Source of the DNA: Spirochaetia bacterium
Lineage (GTDB): Bacteria > Spirochaetota > Spirochaetia > UBA9216
DNA length: 64,000 nucleotides
Assembly: GCA_963675665.1 (NCBI GenBank)
Contig: OY776510.1
Location: forward strand, 3,264,001 to 3,328,000
Direction: 5' to 3'
In this document: positions 27,987-38,170 of the stretch, piece by piece
Layout: every line of letters begins with the position of its first letter
Position numbering within the stretch: the stretch's first letter is position 1
Made by a program: the position numbers and the translations under genes
The notes under the pieces: generated by a model
The model's input: only the letters and a program-made list of their open reading frames with translations
Told to the model about the DNA's origin: nothing
The model's database searches: none

Positions 27987-28689
27987 AAAAATTCTTGAGA
28001 TAAAAAATCTGACGGTAGCTTACGGTCATGTACAGGCTTTGTCGAATATAAGCCTTGATGTAGGCAGGGGGGAAATTGTTGTTCTGGTAGGAGCAAACGG
28101 AGCCGGTAAAACCAGTATAATGGAAACAGTTCTGGGTGCAAATGTTCCGGTAAGCGGAGAAATCGAGTTCAAGGGCCGGAAAATTCAGGGAGTTCCAGTC
28201 GACAGGAACGTAAGAAACGGAATGTTTCTGGTTCCGGAAGGCCGTGGCGTGTTTTCGTCAATGAATGTAATGGATAATCTTTTACTTGGAGCGCATCACA
28301 ACCTTAAAGAATCCGATAAAAAACTTGAACTTGTTTTTGATTCATTTCCGGTACTCGGTGAACGCAGAAACCAGATTGCAGGAACTCTCAGCGGAGGAGA
28401 AAGGCAGATGCTTGCCATTGCCAGGGCTCTGATGTCGTCTCCGGAGATGATAATGGTTGATGAGCCGTCGATTGGTCTTGCCCCGATTATTGTTAACGAT
28501 ATTTTTGAAATACTTGTCAATCTTAATAAGGAAGGGTATTCGATACTTCTCTCAGAGCAGAATGTATACAAGGCTCTCAAGATATCTCACCGGGGTTATG
28601 TGCTTGAGACGGGAAAAATCACGAAAAGCGGAACGGCAGAAGAGTTGTTGAATGATGAAGCCGTACGCGAAGCATATCTTGGAGCATAG
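27973..28689 (+). CDS. Liv/HAAT-type ABC transporter ATP-binding protein (LivF-like)
   Basis: GANGAGKT, VPEGR, LSGGERQMLA, DEPS.GLAP; start set to TTG 27973 (GGAGG SD). Confidence 0.92.
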   Translation: MAPNEKILEIKNLTVAYGHVQALSNISLDVGRGEIVVLVGANGAGKTSIMETVLGANVPVSGEIEFKGRKIQGVPVDRNVRNGMFLVPEGRGVFSSMNVMDNLLLGAHHNLKESDKKLELVFDSFPVLGERRNQIAGTLSGGERQMLAIARALMSSPEMIMVDEPSIGLAPIIVNDIFEILVNLNKEGYSILLSEQNVYKALKISHRGYVLETGKITKSGTAEELLNDEAVREAYLGA

Positions 28690-28692
28690 CTT

Positions 28693-29580
28693 ATGGAAAT
28701 ATTGATTGCTCAAATTTTCAACGGATTATCGATAGGAAGTATTTATGTACTGCTGGTAACAGGATTTAATCTTCTGCTTCTGGTAGCAATGATAATACAT
28801 TTTTCTTTTCCGGTTGTAGTTGTTTTTTCAATGTATATATCATGGTTTGTAATGAATGTTACCGGAAACGTTGCGCTTGGAATAATTCTGGGCATAGTGT
28901 CAGCTATAATCGTCAATATGATAACTGCCCCGATGTTTCAGCATATTATGAAAGAGCGTGGCTCGGTAGATATTAACGCGACGATGGTTATATCCATGGG
29001 TATGGGTATGATTATTACGGATATTCTTTCCCACACGTTTAACCAGGGCTTCCCTGTGGCCTTTCCGGATGCTTTGACCGGAAACGATAAAGGCGCTTTT
29101 ATAAGCGTCGGACTGGTAAGTATTTCAAGAGGACAGGTCCTTACGCTTATTATCGGCGTAATATTTGTTTTATTTTTATTCTGGCTGCTATATAAAACGC
29201 GTTCCGGCCGTGCTTTCCGCGCAATCGCCGAAGACCCGAACGGTGCAAAGCTTGTAGGCATTCCGCTGTTAAAAACAGGTTTTCAGAGCTATGCGCTGAC
29301 AGGCTTTCTCGGTGGAATGACGGCTGTGCTTATGGCGGTACTTCTGGGTTCAGCATCGGCCGGACTGGGCGACCAGCTAGGTCATAAAGTTCTTGCTGTA
29401 TCGATTATTGCAGGCCTTGGCAATCTGACCGGGGGCCTTATAATAGGGTTACTGCTCGGAATACTTGAAGCAATTATACAGGGCTATCTTGCCGGTTCGT
29501 GGTCGAACGCGATAGCGTTTATTATCATGCTGGTTGTAATACTTGCGAAACCCAAAGGGGTTTTCGGAAGCAAGCTTTAA
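28693..29580 (+). CDS. Liv-type ABC permease (LivH-like)
   Basis: NGL..GSIY.L...G, T..GRA.RA..ED...A.L.GI, I.GLGN..G. Confidence 0.9.
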   Translation: MEILIAQIFNGLSIGSIYVLLVTGFNLLLLVAMIIHFSFPVVVVFSMYISWFVMNVTGNVALGIILGIVSAIIVNMITAPMFQHIMKERGSVDINATMVISMGMGMIITDILSHTFNQGFPVAFPDALTGNDKGAFISVGLVSISRGQVLTLIIGVIFVLFLFWLLYKTRSGRAFRAIAEDPNGAKLVGIPLLKTGFQSYALTGFLGGMTAVLMAVLLGSASAGLGDQLGHKVLAVSIIAGLGNLTGGLIIGLLLGILEAIIQGYLAGSWSNAIAFIIMLVVILAKPKGVFGSKL

Positions 29581-29592
29581 CTGGAGGTTATT

Positions 29593-30474
29593 GTGTCTTT
29601 AACTTTGTTTTATTATCTGGCGATAACCGCCATTTACATTCTTATGAGCTGGTCGATATATATTCCTTACCGGGTAGGACAGCTGCATTTTATAACAGTG
29701 GCAAACATGGCTATATCTGCGTATTTTGCAGCGCTGATGGCGATAAACTTTGCCTGGCCGTTCTGGCTTGTGCTGGTGGCCGGCACGCTGCTTGGGGCTT
29801 TAATCGGGTTTCTGGTTTCGTATGCAATCGGAGACGCCCCGTGCTTTGCAGTTGTAATTGTGGGATTTACTTTTATTTACCTGACAAAGACGATTATTGA
29901 AAATGTAGAAGCTTTCGGAGGCCCTCTGGGGATTTTCAGTATTCCGAAGATAATGCAGACTTCTTCCGACAACAGAACACTGCTTCTGATTGTAGTATAT
30001 GTCCTGGTTTTGGTAACGGGTTTTCTGATTAACCGCTTTGATCATTCAAGGCTGGGGCGGGCTGCGTCAGCAATATTTATTGATCGGGACCTCGCAGTTT
30101 CTTTCGGCGTTGATGTTAAAAAAATGGGAATGTTTCTGCAAACCTGGGCCAGTGCAATCGGAGGGATGTCGGGGGTTATGTATGCGTTCATAATGAGAAG
30201 CATTTCACCTAACCATTTCACATTCCATCTTATAGGAGTATGCATGACAATGCTTTTTGTCGGCGGGTATACGACAATGTGGGGAGCAATGCTGGCCGCT
30301 CCGATATTATGGGGATTTCCGCTTATCCTTCCTGAAGCACTTCAATCCTGGAATATAGTAATATACGGCGTACTTCTGATAATCGTACTGGTAATTAAAC
30401 CTGAAGGAATTATAACCAGACCCATGATAAAAAAAATGGAAAGTTTGCTGTCGCGGAACAGAAAAAAGGTTTAA
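29593..30474 (+). CDS. Liv-type ABC permease (LivM-like)
   Basis: SRLGRA...I..D...A...GVD, GG..T.WG, PEGI. Confidence 0.88.
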   Translation: MSLTLFYYLAITAIYILMSWSIYIPYRVGQLHFITVANMAISAYFAALMAINFAWPFWLVLVAGTLLGALIGFLVSYAIGDAPCFAVVIVGFTFIYLTKTIIENVEAFGGPLGIFSIPKIMQTSSDNRTLLLIVVYVLVLVTGFLINRFDHSRLGRAASAIFIDRDLAVSFGVDVKKMGMFLQTWASAIGGMSGVMYAFIMRSISPNHFTFHLIGVCMTMLFVGGYTTMWGAMLAAPILWGFPLILPEALQSWNIVIYGVLLIIVLVIKPEGIITRPMIKKMESLLSRNRKKV

Positions 30475-30532
30475 AATAAAAAGGGGAATAGTACATTACA
30501 AATTAATGTACATAAAATAAATGGAGGAAAAC

Positions 30533-31759
30533 ATGAAAAAAATTCTAACACTTGTTCTAGTGAGTTTTCTACTGTTCTTTGTTTTTGCATGTCAAAAAGA
30601 AGAAGCGGCAAAAGCTGAAGAGAAAACTGCCGAAACAACTGCAGTTGCTGAAGAGAAAACTCCTGAGGTTGTAGTTGATGAATGGGAAATACCGTTTCTC
30701 AATTGTCTTACAGGACCTATCGCCAGTATTGGTGAATACCTGCAGTGGGGCGCGGAATTTGCTGCAGAGCAGATTAATGCAGCCGGGGGAATCTCCGGAA
30801 AACCCGTAACGATTGTCAGAGTTGATACCGGAATGAGTCCCGAGAAGGGTACTGTTGAAATGTCGAAGCTTGTAGAAGATGCGCTTGTAGTCATGGGCCC
30901 GGTTCCTGAGCCTGTTATTATGGCTGCTGTACCTATTGCTGCCGATGAAGGTCTTTACAGCTTTACGGCTACCACATCTTACGAATATGCCGCTGAATAC
31001 TTTCCTTGGGCAGTTTCATGGTTTTCTCCTACAGATGAAAAACTGCCGCCGATTGTAACAGCATGGGCTGAAAAGGTAGAAGCAAAGAATGTAGTTCAGT
31101 TTGTTGAAAATTACGGAGCATGGCCGGGAATGGCTGCTGCTCATGTTATCGGTCTTGAAAATGCCGGTTGTACCGTACTTGAAGATGTTGAGGTTCCTCA
31201 GGATGCTGTTTCATTCGGTCCTCTTATTGTAAAGGCCCTTGCTCAGGATCCGGATGCAATTGTTTTTGCATGTAATGCTGAAAAGGTCGCCAAGATTATA
31301 ATTGAACTGAAAAACAGGGGCTGGGAAGATATGAACAAGCTTCTTGTTTTCTCAAGTGCTGACGATGCCGCGCTTTACACTACAGGCGGAAGCAAAATCG
31401 ACGGAGTTATGATCTATAACTATAATGATCCTAATCTTGATACCGCAAGATGGAATGAGTTCAGACAGGGCTTCAAGGATGATCATGAAGGTATGGAGCC
31501 ATTCTCACTTTCGCCGAATTATTATGACGCAGTATATATGATTAAACGTGCTATTGAAGAAACCGGCGTTACCGGAGATCCTGCAAAACTTGCTGAAGAA
31601 AGAATCAAGATCAGAGATTACTGTAACGACATAAAGAACTTTGAAGGGCTTCAGTTTGACTGGAGTAACAAAGGCGGTTATCCTGCTGATAAACCTCTGT
31701 TCCTGTTTGAAATCAAGGGCGGAGCAAAAAATCTTGTTGCAAAGATAGTTCCTGAATAA
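30533..31759 (+). CDS. Liv-type substrate-binding lipoprotein
   Basis: Lipobox FVFAC; LTGP.A..G, INAAGGI.GK, YDAVY; ATG 30533 has GGAGG SD. Confidence 0.9.
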   Translation: MKKILTLVLVSFLLFFVFACQKEEAAKAEEKTAETTAVAEEKTPEVVVDEWEIPFLNCLTGPIASIGEYLQWGAEFAAEQINAAGGISGKPVTIVRVDTGMSPEKGTVEMSKLVEDALVVMGPVPEPVIMAAVPIAADEGLYSFTATTSYEYAAEYFPWAVSWFSPTDEKLPPIVTAWAEKVEAKNVVQFVENYGAWPGMAAAHVIGLENAGCTVLEDVEVPQDAVSFGPLIVKALAQDPDAIVFACNAEKVAKIIIELKNRGWEDMNKLLVFSSADDAALYTTGGSKIDGVMIYNYNDPNLDTARWNEFRQGFKDDHEGMEPFSLSPNYYDAVYMIKRAIEETGVTGDPAKLAEERIKIRDYCNDIKNFEGLQFDWSNKGGYPADKPLFLFEIKGGAKNLVAKIVPE

Positions 31760-31771
31760 AAAGTTGAAGGG

Positions 31772-31853
31772 GCGCCATAAATCGGCGCTACTCAGGCGGA
31801 ACCCCCGCCTGTTTATATAATAAGTCGCAGCCGGGGCATTCCTGACTGCGGCT
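31772..31853. terminator. Three consecutive stem-loops between convergent operons
   Basis: GCGCC..GGCGC; CAGGCGG..CCGCCTG; AGTCGCAG..CTGCGGCT followed by T-rich tail. Confidence 0.6.
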
Positions 31854-31877
31854 TTCCTTTTATATACTCAGTTATGT

Positions 31878-32795
31878 TCAGCGGTTCAAATCTATTGTTT
31901 TTACAATACGTGCTACAGTTCGGTTTACAGGAACATCTATTCCAAGTTTGTCTGCAGCTCGTACAATAGCATTATTTATAAAATCAATTTCAGTTGCGCT
32001 GCCGCGGTCAAAGTCCTGAAGCATTGACGAGCGGTTAGGTCCCGTCTTTTCTGAAACTGAATAGACTGTTTCAAGCGGTTTGTCATATGTAAGTGTGATC
32101 CCGGATTTATTACAAACCAAAACTGCTTCTTCAACAAGATCTTTCATTATTGCTTTTGTTTCATCAAAATCAAGAAGCTGGCCGTTTTTAAGTCCGGTAA
32201 GAGCCGTAAGAGCATTTATTCCGACATTGATTACAAGTTTGCTCCATACAAGGCTTTCAATATTATTTTCAATATCTGCTTCAAAGCCGGACGATTTCAG
32301 AACATCGATGAAAGGTAACAGTTTGTCGTTTTTTTTATCGGACATACATATATGGGTAGGGCCGTTACCTGCATGTTTGATGTGACCAGGGCCTGCAAAA
32401 GTTGCTCCCTGAGAGGTAACGCCCGCGGCGGTATTTGACGGTCCGAAATGGTTTTTAAGAATCTCCTCGTTGCCATAGCCGTTTTGCAGAGTAACAACTA
32501 CAGTTCCCGGTAATGCTGCAGATTTGAAATTGGAAGCAACAATTTCAGTAGCCGTAGATTTTACAAAAACAATAATAATATCCGAACCGTTTACAGCCGC
32601 AGGGTCGGAACTGGCCTCAGGGTAAACCGTATCGGTTTTGCCGGTGGCAAGCGTTTCGATTATCAAACCGTTTGAATTTATTGCGTCTATATGCGCCTTG
32701 TTGATGTCATACAGAACAACCTCGTTTCCCGAGGCCGAAAGCTTTCCGCCGAAAAGAGAACCCATTGCGCCCGCGCCGATAATGGATATTTTCAT
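31878..32795 (-). CDS. panE: 2-dehydropantoate 2-reductase
   Basis: IIGAGAMG, VKS, TLQNG, W.KL..N..IN.LTAL, SSMLQD...G..TEID.IN. Confidence 0.92.
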   Translation of the reverse strand: MKISIIGAGAMGSLFGGKLSASGNEVVLYDINKAHIDAINSNGLIIETLATGKTDTVYPEASSDPAAVNGSDIIIVFVKSTATEIVASNFKSAALPGTVVVTLQNGYGNEEILKNHFGPSNTAAGVTSQGATFAGPGHIKHAGNGPTHICMSDKKNDKLLPFIDVLKSSGFEADIENNIESLVWSKLVINVGINALTALTGLKNGQLLDFDETKAIMKDLVEEAVLVCNKSGITLTYDKPLETVYSVSEKTGPNRSSMLQDFDRGSATEIDFINNAIVRAADKLGIDVPVNRTVARIVKTIDLNR

Positions 32796-32810
32796 TTATA
32801 ACCTCCGATA

Positions 32811-33776
32811 TTATTTAATTCCATGTAATTCTGAATAGCTTTTTACGCCGAACATGGAGACGGCGCTTTTGACGGCATCAATAATTGCAAGAGAAGTTGC
32901 GTCGGCAGCAAGCACGCAAACTGCGTCGAGCGCTGATTTAACCCCGCCGGTAGACATACAGAACATTGTATCTCCGTCGGTGGTCGTGTGTGAAGGGTTA
33001 ATGGCCCTGGCCATTCCGTCGTGGCTTACCATTGCTACCCGTTTCGCTTCAGCCTTAGTTAAATCGGCATTGGTTGCAACAACTCCTATAGTTGTATTTT
33101 TCATGAACTGTTCGGAATATTCATTCCAGCTTCCGCGCATAAGTTCGTTTACCGACCTGAAATTGCCGTCGGAATCAAGGGCGCCCGCAAGTATTTCACC
33201 TGTTTTAGGGTCGATAACGTCGCCGAGGCTGTTTACGGCAATTATTACGCCGACGACAAGGTCGCCGTTTCTGATGCTTGCAGTGCCGAGACCGCCTTTC
33301 ATAACATTGGACGGTCCCCCCGCAATTCCAATGGATGCTCCGGTTCCTGCGCCTACGCAACCCCTTTCGGCATTATCGCTGCTCATGTTACAGCAGGCCA
33401 GGTAGCCCATTTCCCGATCGGGTCTTACTTTCGGATTACCGATAAGCAGATCGTAAAGAATTGCCCCGGGAACTATCGGGACAGTAGCAAAACCCGTGTC
33501 AAAGCCTATACCTTTCTCTTCAAGGTACTGCATGACGCCGCAGGCGCCGTCCAGTCCGAATGCGCTGCCGCCCCCAAGATAAACAGCATGAGCGTGCTTA
33601 ACAAGGTTTTCCGGCGCGAGGCAGGACAGTTCCCTTGTGCCGGGGGCTCCTCCTGTACAGGAGTAACCCGTAACCGCACCGTTTGCTGCAGCAATTACAG
33701 TACATCCTGTACCGTTTTTCATATCCTGGGCATGACCGACTTTTATTCCCGGTACATCACAGATTGAATTAAGCAT
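32811..33776 (-). CDS. P1/S58 family (DmpA-like) self-processing amide hydrolase
   Basis: GIKVGH, GGAPGTRE, GGSAFGL, GAGTGA, NTTIGVVATNA, HDG.ARAI.P.HT..DGD. Confidence 0.9.
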   Translation of the reverse strand: MLNSICDVPGIKVGHAQDMKNGTGCTVIAAANGAVTGYSCTGGAPGTRELSCLAPENLVKHAHAVYLGGGSAFGLDGACGVMQYLEEKGIGFDTGFATVPIVPGAILYDLLIGNPKVRPDREMGYLACCNMSSDNAERGCVGAGTGASIGIAGGPSNVMKGGLGTASIRNGDLVVGVIIAVNSLGDVIDPKTGEILAGALDSDGNFRSVNELMRGSWNEYSEQFMKNTTIGVVATNADLTKAEAKRVAMVSHDGMARAINPSHTTTDGDTMFCMSTGGVKSALDAVCVLAADATSLAIIDAVKSAVSMFGVKSYSELHGIK

Positions 33777-33788
33777 GTTAGACCTCGA

Positions 33789-34985
33789 TTATTTATTTAG
33801 TGTTTCTTCAGTTTCAACGGCTATCATCATCTCTTCATCAGTCGGGATGACGAGAATTTTCACTCTTGAATCTTCAGCGGATATCAGAGCTTCCTTCCGG
33901 CAACCCCTGTTACGTTTTTCATCAATTTTGATTCCCAGAAACTCAAGCCCGACGCATATTGAGGATCTTATTGTATCGGAATTCTCTCCGACGCCGGCAG
34001 TAAAAATAAGAGCATCCATTCTACCGTTAAGGCTGGGCATAAGCGCCCCTATATACCTGCGGATTGAACGCGTAAAGACATTAAGCGCCAGGACGGCCCG
34101 CTGATTCCCGTTATCAGCAGCTTCAAGAATATCACGAATGTCGCTTGATATTCCGCTGAGTCCGAGAAGCCCTGATTTTTTATAGATAAGTTCCTTAACA
34201 TAATCCACTGAATATCCCAAATTGCCGATAAGCTGAAGCACGACCTCAGGGTCTACGTCTCCTGATCTTGTTCCCATGGGAACCCCGCAGACAGTGCCGT
34301 AGCCGAGTGATGTATCAACTCCCGAACCGCCGATTGATGCTGCAAGGGTAACGCCGCCGCCGATATGGCAGCTTATTGTATGAAGATTTTTCAATGGTAT
34401 ACCCAGTATCTCCGCAGCCCTGATATTGATATATTTATGAGATGCGCCGTGATAACCGAATTTTCTGAAACCGTGTTCGGAATAGCAGGCGTAATCGAGT
34501 GCATATATATATGCTTCCTGTTCCATACCGCTGTAATACGCTGTGTCGAACGATGCAACATGAGGAATATCAGGAAGTTTTTGCTGGGCAGCCTGGACTC
34601 CCAACAGGCAGGCAGGATTATGAAGCGGGGCAAGAGGCGTATATTTTTTAATTTCAATTAAAAGTTCAGGCGTTATTAAAACCGGTCCGGACATTCCTGC
34701 ACCGCCCTGAACAATCCTGTGGCCGACTGCGTGTATTTCGGAAATATCTTTAATCAAGCCGGCGGAAGGGGCAATAATACTTTCAAGCGCATAGTCTATT
34801 GCCGTGTTGTGATCCGGAATATCAAGTTCTTTAACAATTTTATCCCGGCCGGAAGGCTGGAAATTGAGAATTCCGTCAATTCCGATACGTTCAATAAGCC
34901 CTTTGGCCAGGGTAATCTTTTTACCGGTTTCTATCAATTGAAATTTAAGCGATGAACTGCCGCTGTTGATTACAAGTATATTCAT
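33789..34985 (-). CDS. ackA: Acetate/short-chain carboxylate kinase, divergent active site
   Basis: NSGSSSLKF, LAPLHNP, MGTRSGD.DP, FTAGVGEN, PTDEE; start moved to ATG 34985 (GGAGG SD). Confidence 0.88.
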   Translation of the reverse strand: MNILVINSGSSSLKFQLIETGKKITLAKGLIERIGIDGILNFQPSGRDKIVKELDIPDHNTAIDYALESIIAPSAGLIKDISEIHAVGHRIVQGGAGMSGPVLITPELLIEIKKYTPLAPLHNPACLLGVQAAQQKLPDIPHVASFDTAYYSGMEQEAYIYALDYACYSEHGFRKFGYHGASHKYINIRAAEILGIPLKNLHTISCHIGGGVTLAASIGGSGVDTSLGYGTVCGVPMGTRSGDVDPEVVLQLIGNLGYSVDYVKELIYKKSGLLGLSGISSDIRDILEAADNGNQRAVLALNVFTRSIRRYIGALMPSLNGRMDALIFTAGVGENSDTIRSSICVGLEFLGIKIDEKRNRGCRKEALISAEDSRVKILVIPTDEEMMIAVETEETLNK

Positions 34986-35128
34986 ATAATAGCCTCCGAA
35001 GTACGGATATCTTAGCATATTTGCGCAAACATTCAAGTAAAAGATTCAAAAACAATGCTGTTAAGAAAAGTAATAATGGGTTATAGTAGAAGCACAAAAA
35101 GAAAATATGGAATTAAGAGGAGAATTAT

Positions 35129-35995
35129 ATGAGTTCGCATCCTGAAGAAACAAAAAAACTGCTCACAGCAGATTTGCAGAAGATGAAAGACAACGGAGAA
35201 AAGATTTCAATGATCACAGCTTATTCATATCCGCAGGGGATGATAGTCGATCAGGCCGGAATAGATATAATACTGGTAGGTGATTCTCTCGGAATGGTTG
35301 AGCTTGGTTATATTGATACTGTGCCTGTAACAATGGACGAAATGCTTATGCATACAAAAGCTGTAACAAGAGCCGTAAAACGCGCTCATATAGTAGGTGA
35401 TTTACCGTTTATGTCATACAACATTTCAACCGAACAGGCTGTTACAAATGCCGGTATTCTTTACAAGGACGGACGGGCCGATTCGGTTAAATTTGAAGGC
35501 GGTCAGGATTATGCAAATATAGCCTCTGCAGTTACCCGGGCGGGAATACCTTTTTTTGCTCATATTGGACTGACTCCGCAGACAGCAGCCATGCTGGGCG
35601 GTTTCAAGGTACAGGGAAAGTCAATTGACGCGGCAAAGGCAGTTCTTGACGATGCACTTGCAATGCAGGATGCCGGTGCATTCGCTATAATTCTCGAAGC
35701 TATTCCTCAGCAGCTTGCAGCGATTATTACTGAGAAACTTACAATACCCACAGTTGGAATAGGGGCCGGACCGGACTGTGCGGGCCAGGTACTTGTACTG
35801 CATGATATGGTTGGATTGTTTAAGAGGTTTACACCGAAATTTGTAAAGGTTTACGCTGACATGTATACTACACAGCTGGACGCAGTAAAGAATTATATAA
35901 GTGATGTGAAGGATGTAAAATTTCCTGCTGAAGAGCATAGTTTTAATATGAAGCAGGATATGGTTGAAGAACTTAAAAAAGCAATCGGGGTATAA
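35129..35995 (+). CDS. panB: 3-methyl-2-oxobutanoate hydroxymethyltransferase
   Basis: LVGDSLGM, DLPFMSY, VK.EGG, HIGLTPQ, GIGAG..C.GQVLV.HD. Confidence 0.96.
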   Translation: MSSHPEETKKLLTADLQKMKDNGEKISMITAYSYPQGMIVDQAGIDIILVGDSLGMVELGYIDTVPVTMDEMLMHTKAVTRAVKRAHIVGDLPFMSYNISTEQAVTNAGILYKDGRADSVKFEGGQDYANIASAVTRAGIPFFAHIGLTPQTAAMLGGFKVQGKSIDAAKAVLDDALAMQDAGAFAIILEAIPQQLAAIITEKLTIPTVGIGAGPDCAGQVLVLHDMVGLFKRFTPKFVKVYADMYTTQLDAVKNYISDVKDVKFPAEEHSFNMKQDMVEELKKAIGV

Positions 35996-36907
35996 ATGTC
36001 GGCGGAATTAATAAAAGGCTCAGTAATCCGTGAGGAGATCCTCACGGAACTGAGGGCCGAGACTGAGGAGCTTAAAAAAAAATACGGGAAAGTTCCCGGA
36101 CTGGTAACAATTCTTGTCGGAGAAAGCCCGGCATCTGTTTCTTATGTTACCCTGAAGATCAAGACAGCCAAAAGTTTGGGGTATAATGAAATTCAGGACA
36201 GCAGGTCTGTTAATATTACGGAAGAAGAATTGCTTGAGCTGATCAAAAAGTATAATAAAGATGACAGTATAAACGGAATTCTTGTTCAGTTGCCGCTGCC
36301 GGACCATATTGATGAAAAGAAAGTCATTAATGCAATTGATCCTGACAAAGACGTCGACGGCTTTCATCCTGTAAATGTCGGACGTCTAATGATAGGCGGC
36401 GATGAGGTGCTGTTTCCGCCGTGTACACCGGCAGCAATACAGGAGATGATACTTCGGGCGGGCGTGGAAACCAGAGGCGCTGAAGTCGTAGTAGTAGGCA
36501 GATCCAATATTGTCGGAAAACCAATCGCAAATATGATGCTTCAAAAGGGGCCGGGAGCTAATTCCACGGTGACTGTTGTTCATACCGGAACAAAAGACCT
36601 CGCTGCTCACTGTCTGCGGGCAGATATACTTATAGTTGCTGCAGGAGTCCCGGGCTTGGTCAAACCAGAATGGATAAAGCGCGGAGCCTGTGTAATCGAT
36701 GTGGGTGTTAACAGGATCGGCGAAAAGGTAAGTGAAAAAACAGGCAAAACTATTGCAGTGTTGAAAGGCGATGTTGATTTTGAAGCGGCCCGTGAGCGGG
36801 CCGGCTGGATAACCCCGGTTCCGGGAGGTGTCGGACCGATGACTATTACAATGCTGATGAAGAATACTTTAAAATCGTTTAAAAACAGTCTCGGAATAAA
36901 AATATAA
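35996..36907 (+). CDS. folD: Methylene-THF dehydrogenase/cyclohydrolase
   Basis: GILVQLPLP, KDVDG.HP, PCTP, GRSNIVGKP, ITPVPGGVGPMT. Confidence 0.96.
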   Translation: MSAELIKGSVIREEILTELRAETEELKKKYGKVPGLVTILVGESPASVSYVTLKIKTAKSLGYNEIQDSRSVNITEEELLELIKKYNKDDSINGILVQLPLPDHIDEKKVINAIDPDKDVDGFHPVNVGRLMIGGDEVLFPPCTPAAIQEMILRAGVETRGAEVVVVGRSNIVGKPIANMMLQKGPGANSTVTVVHTGTKDLAAHCLRADILIVAAGVPGLVKPEWIKRGACVIDVGVNRIGEKVSEKTGKTIAVLKGDVDFEAARERAGWITPVPGGVGPMTITMLMKNTLKSFKNSLGIKI

Positions 36908-36962
36908 CAATTAATTGGCTGAAATATCCGGAGAGAAGATTTTATTTATGGATATCCAGGGT

Positions 36963-36994
36963 ACATCTCTATAAACTGCAGTTTTTAGAGATGT
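36963..36994. repeat. Intergenic palindrome copy 1
   Basis: ACATCTCTATAAACTGCAGTTTTTAGAGATGT (one mismatch). Confidence 0.85.
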
Positions 36995-37049
36995 CCTTAT
37001 TTTAAAAGCTTAATAAATTATGTAAATTAAGACAGAAAGTTTAAAAAAA

Positions 37050-38144
37050 GTGAAAATGGAAATTGACAGGTACCAAAAAGAATATATACAACACATTACA
37101 ATAATTGCTTCAAAATGTATTTTCCTGATATCATTATCAGCCTTCCTGGTAAACGGAGCATGGTTCTTTTTTGATGATTTTAAAAAGACCCTGTTCCAGG
37201 AAAGTGTAATTCTAAGCGCAACAATGTTCAGCTTTATTAATATTCATTTATCTAAACGAGGTTATATTTTACAGGTATTCAGATGCTATCTTGTATACGG
37301 CCTTTTTTTCGGAGTAATGATAATGTGGAGCGCCGGTGATTTTTTTATTTTTACCGGAATATCAATAATTTCAATATGTTCCCTTATGGCAATTTTTGCA
37401 ATGCAGCGAAAAGAATCGGTTTTCTGGTGTATAATGTATTTTTCAGCCGGAATAGCAGGTTTGTTTTTAAGATATTTTATTAATATATGGGAATCAGGGT
37501 TTTCGTTAATACAAACCGTTCAGATTTCAATTTTTATGTTTATCGCAATTGGAGCATTTATTTTTTTGGGTGTAAATATTTCCTCAATGTTGAAAACTGC
37601 AATGAATAATATAAATGTTCAGAAACAGGAAATTGAGGAATATGCGTCTAAACTTTATAAGTTGTCTATTACGGACAAATTGACAGGATTGAATAACAGG
37701 CTCCATCTCGACGAAGTTTTAAATTCGGAGCTGGAAAGATCTAAAAGATATAATGCATTTTTCGCTGTTATTATGATGGATATTGATTATTTTAAAAAAG
37801 TGAACGACAGATACGGGCATCAGAAAGGCGATGAAGTTTTAAAAAAAATATCGGAATTAATTATTGAAAATATCAGATCTACAGATGTCGCCGGGCGCTG
37901 GGGTGGAGAGGAATTCCTGGTAATCTGTCCCGAATCCGATTCAGCTTCTGCGGAAAAACTTGCGGAAAAGATGAGAATTATAATTGAAAATTACGAGTTT
38001 ATGCTTACATACAATCTGACTGCAAGCTTCGGAATCAGCCAGTATGAAAGTACAGATGACATAGCAAATATCATCTGTAAAACCGACAGAGCCCTTTATC
38101 AGGCAAAACACGAAGGCAGAAACCGGGTAATTGTAAGTAAATGA
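37050..38144 (+). CDS. Membrane-bound diguanylate cyclase (GGEEF)
   Basis: About 6 TM, TDKLTGL.NR, DID.FK.VND.YGH..GD, RSTD...RWGGEEF. Confidence 0.93.
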   Translation: MKMEIDRYQKEYIQHITIIASKCIFLISLSAFLVNGAWFFFDDFKKTLFQESVILSATMFSFINIHLSKRGYILQVFRCYLVYGLFFGVMIMWSAGDFFIFTGISIISICSLMAIFAMQRKESVFWCIMYFSAGIAGLFLRYFINIWESGFSLIQTVQISIFMFIAIGAFIFLGVNISSMLKTAMNNINVQKQEIEEYASKLYKLSITDKLTGLNNRLHLDEVLNSELERSKRYNAFFAVIMMDIDYFKKVNDRYGHQKGDEVLKKISELIIENIRSTDVAGRWGGEEFLVICPESDSASAEKLAEKMRIIIENYEFMLTYNLTASFGISQYESTDDIANIICKTDRALYQAKHEGRNRVIVSK

Positions 38145-38170
38145 ATCCGTAATATTTTTTTCTGTCGCAG

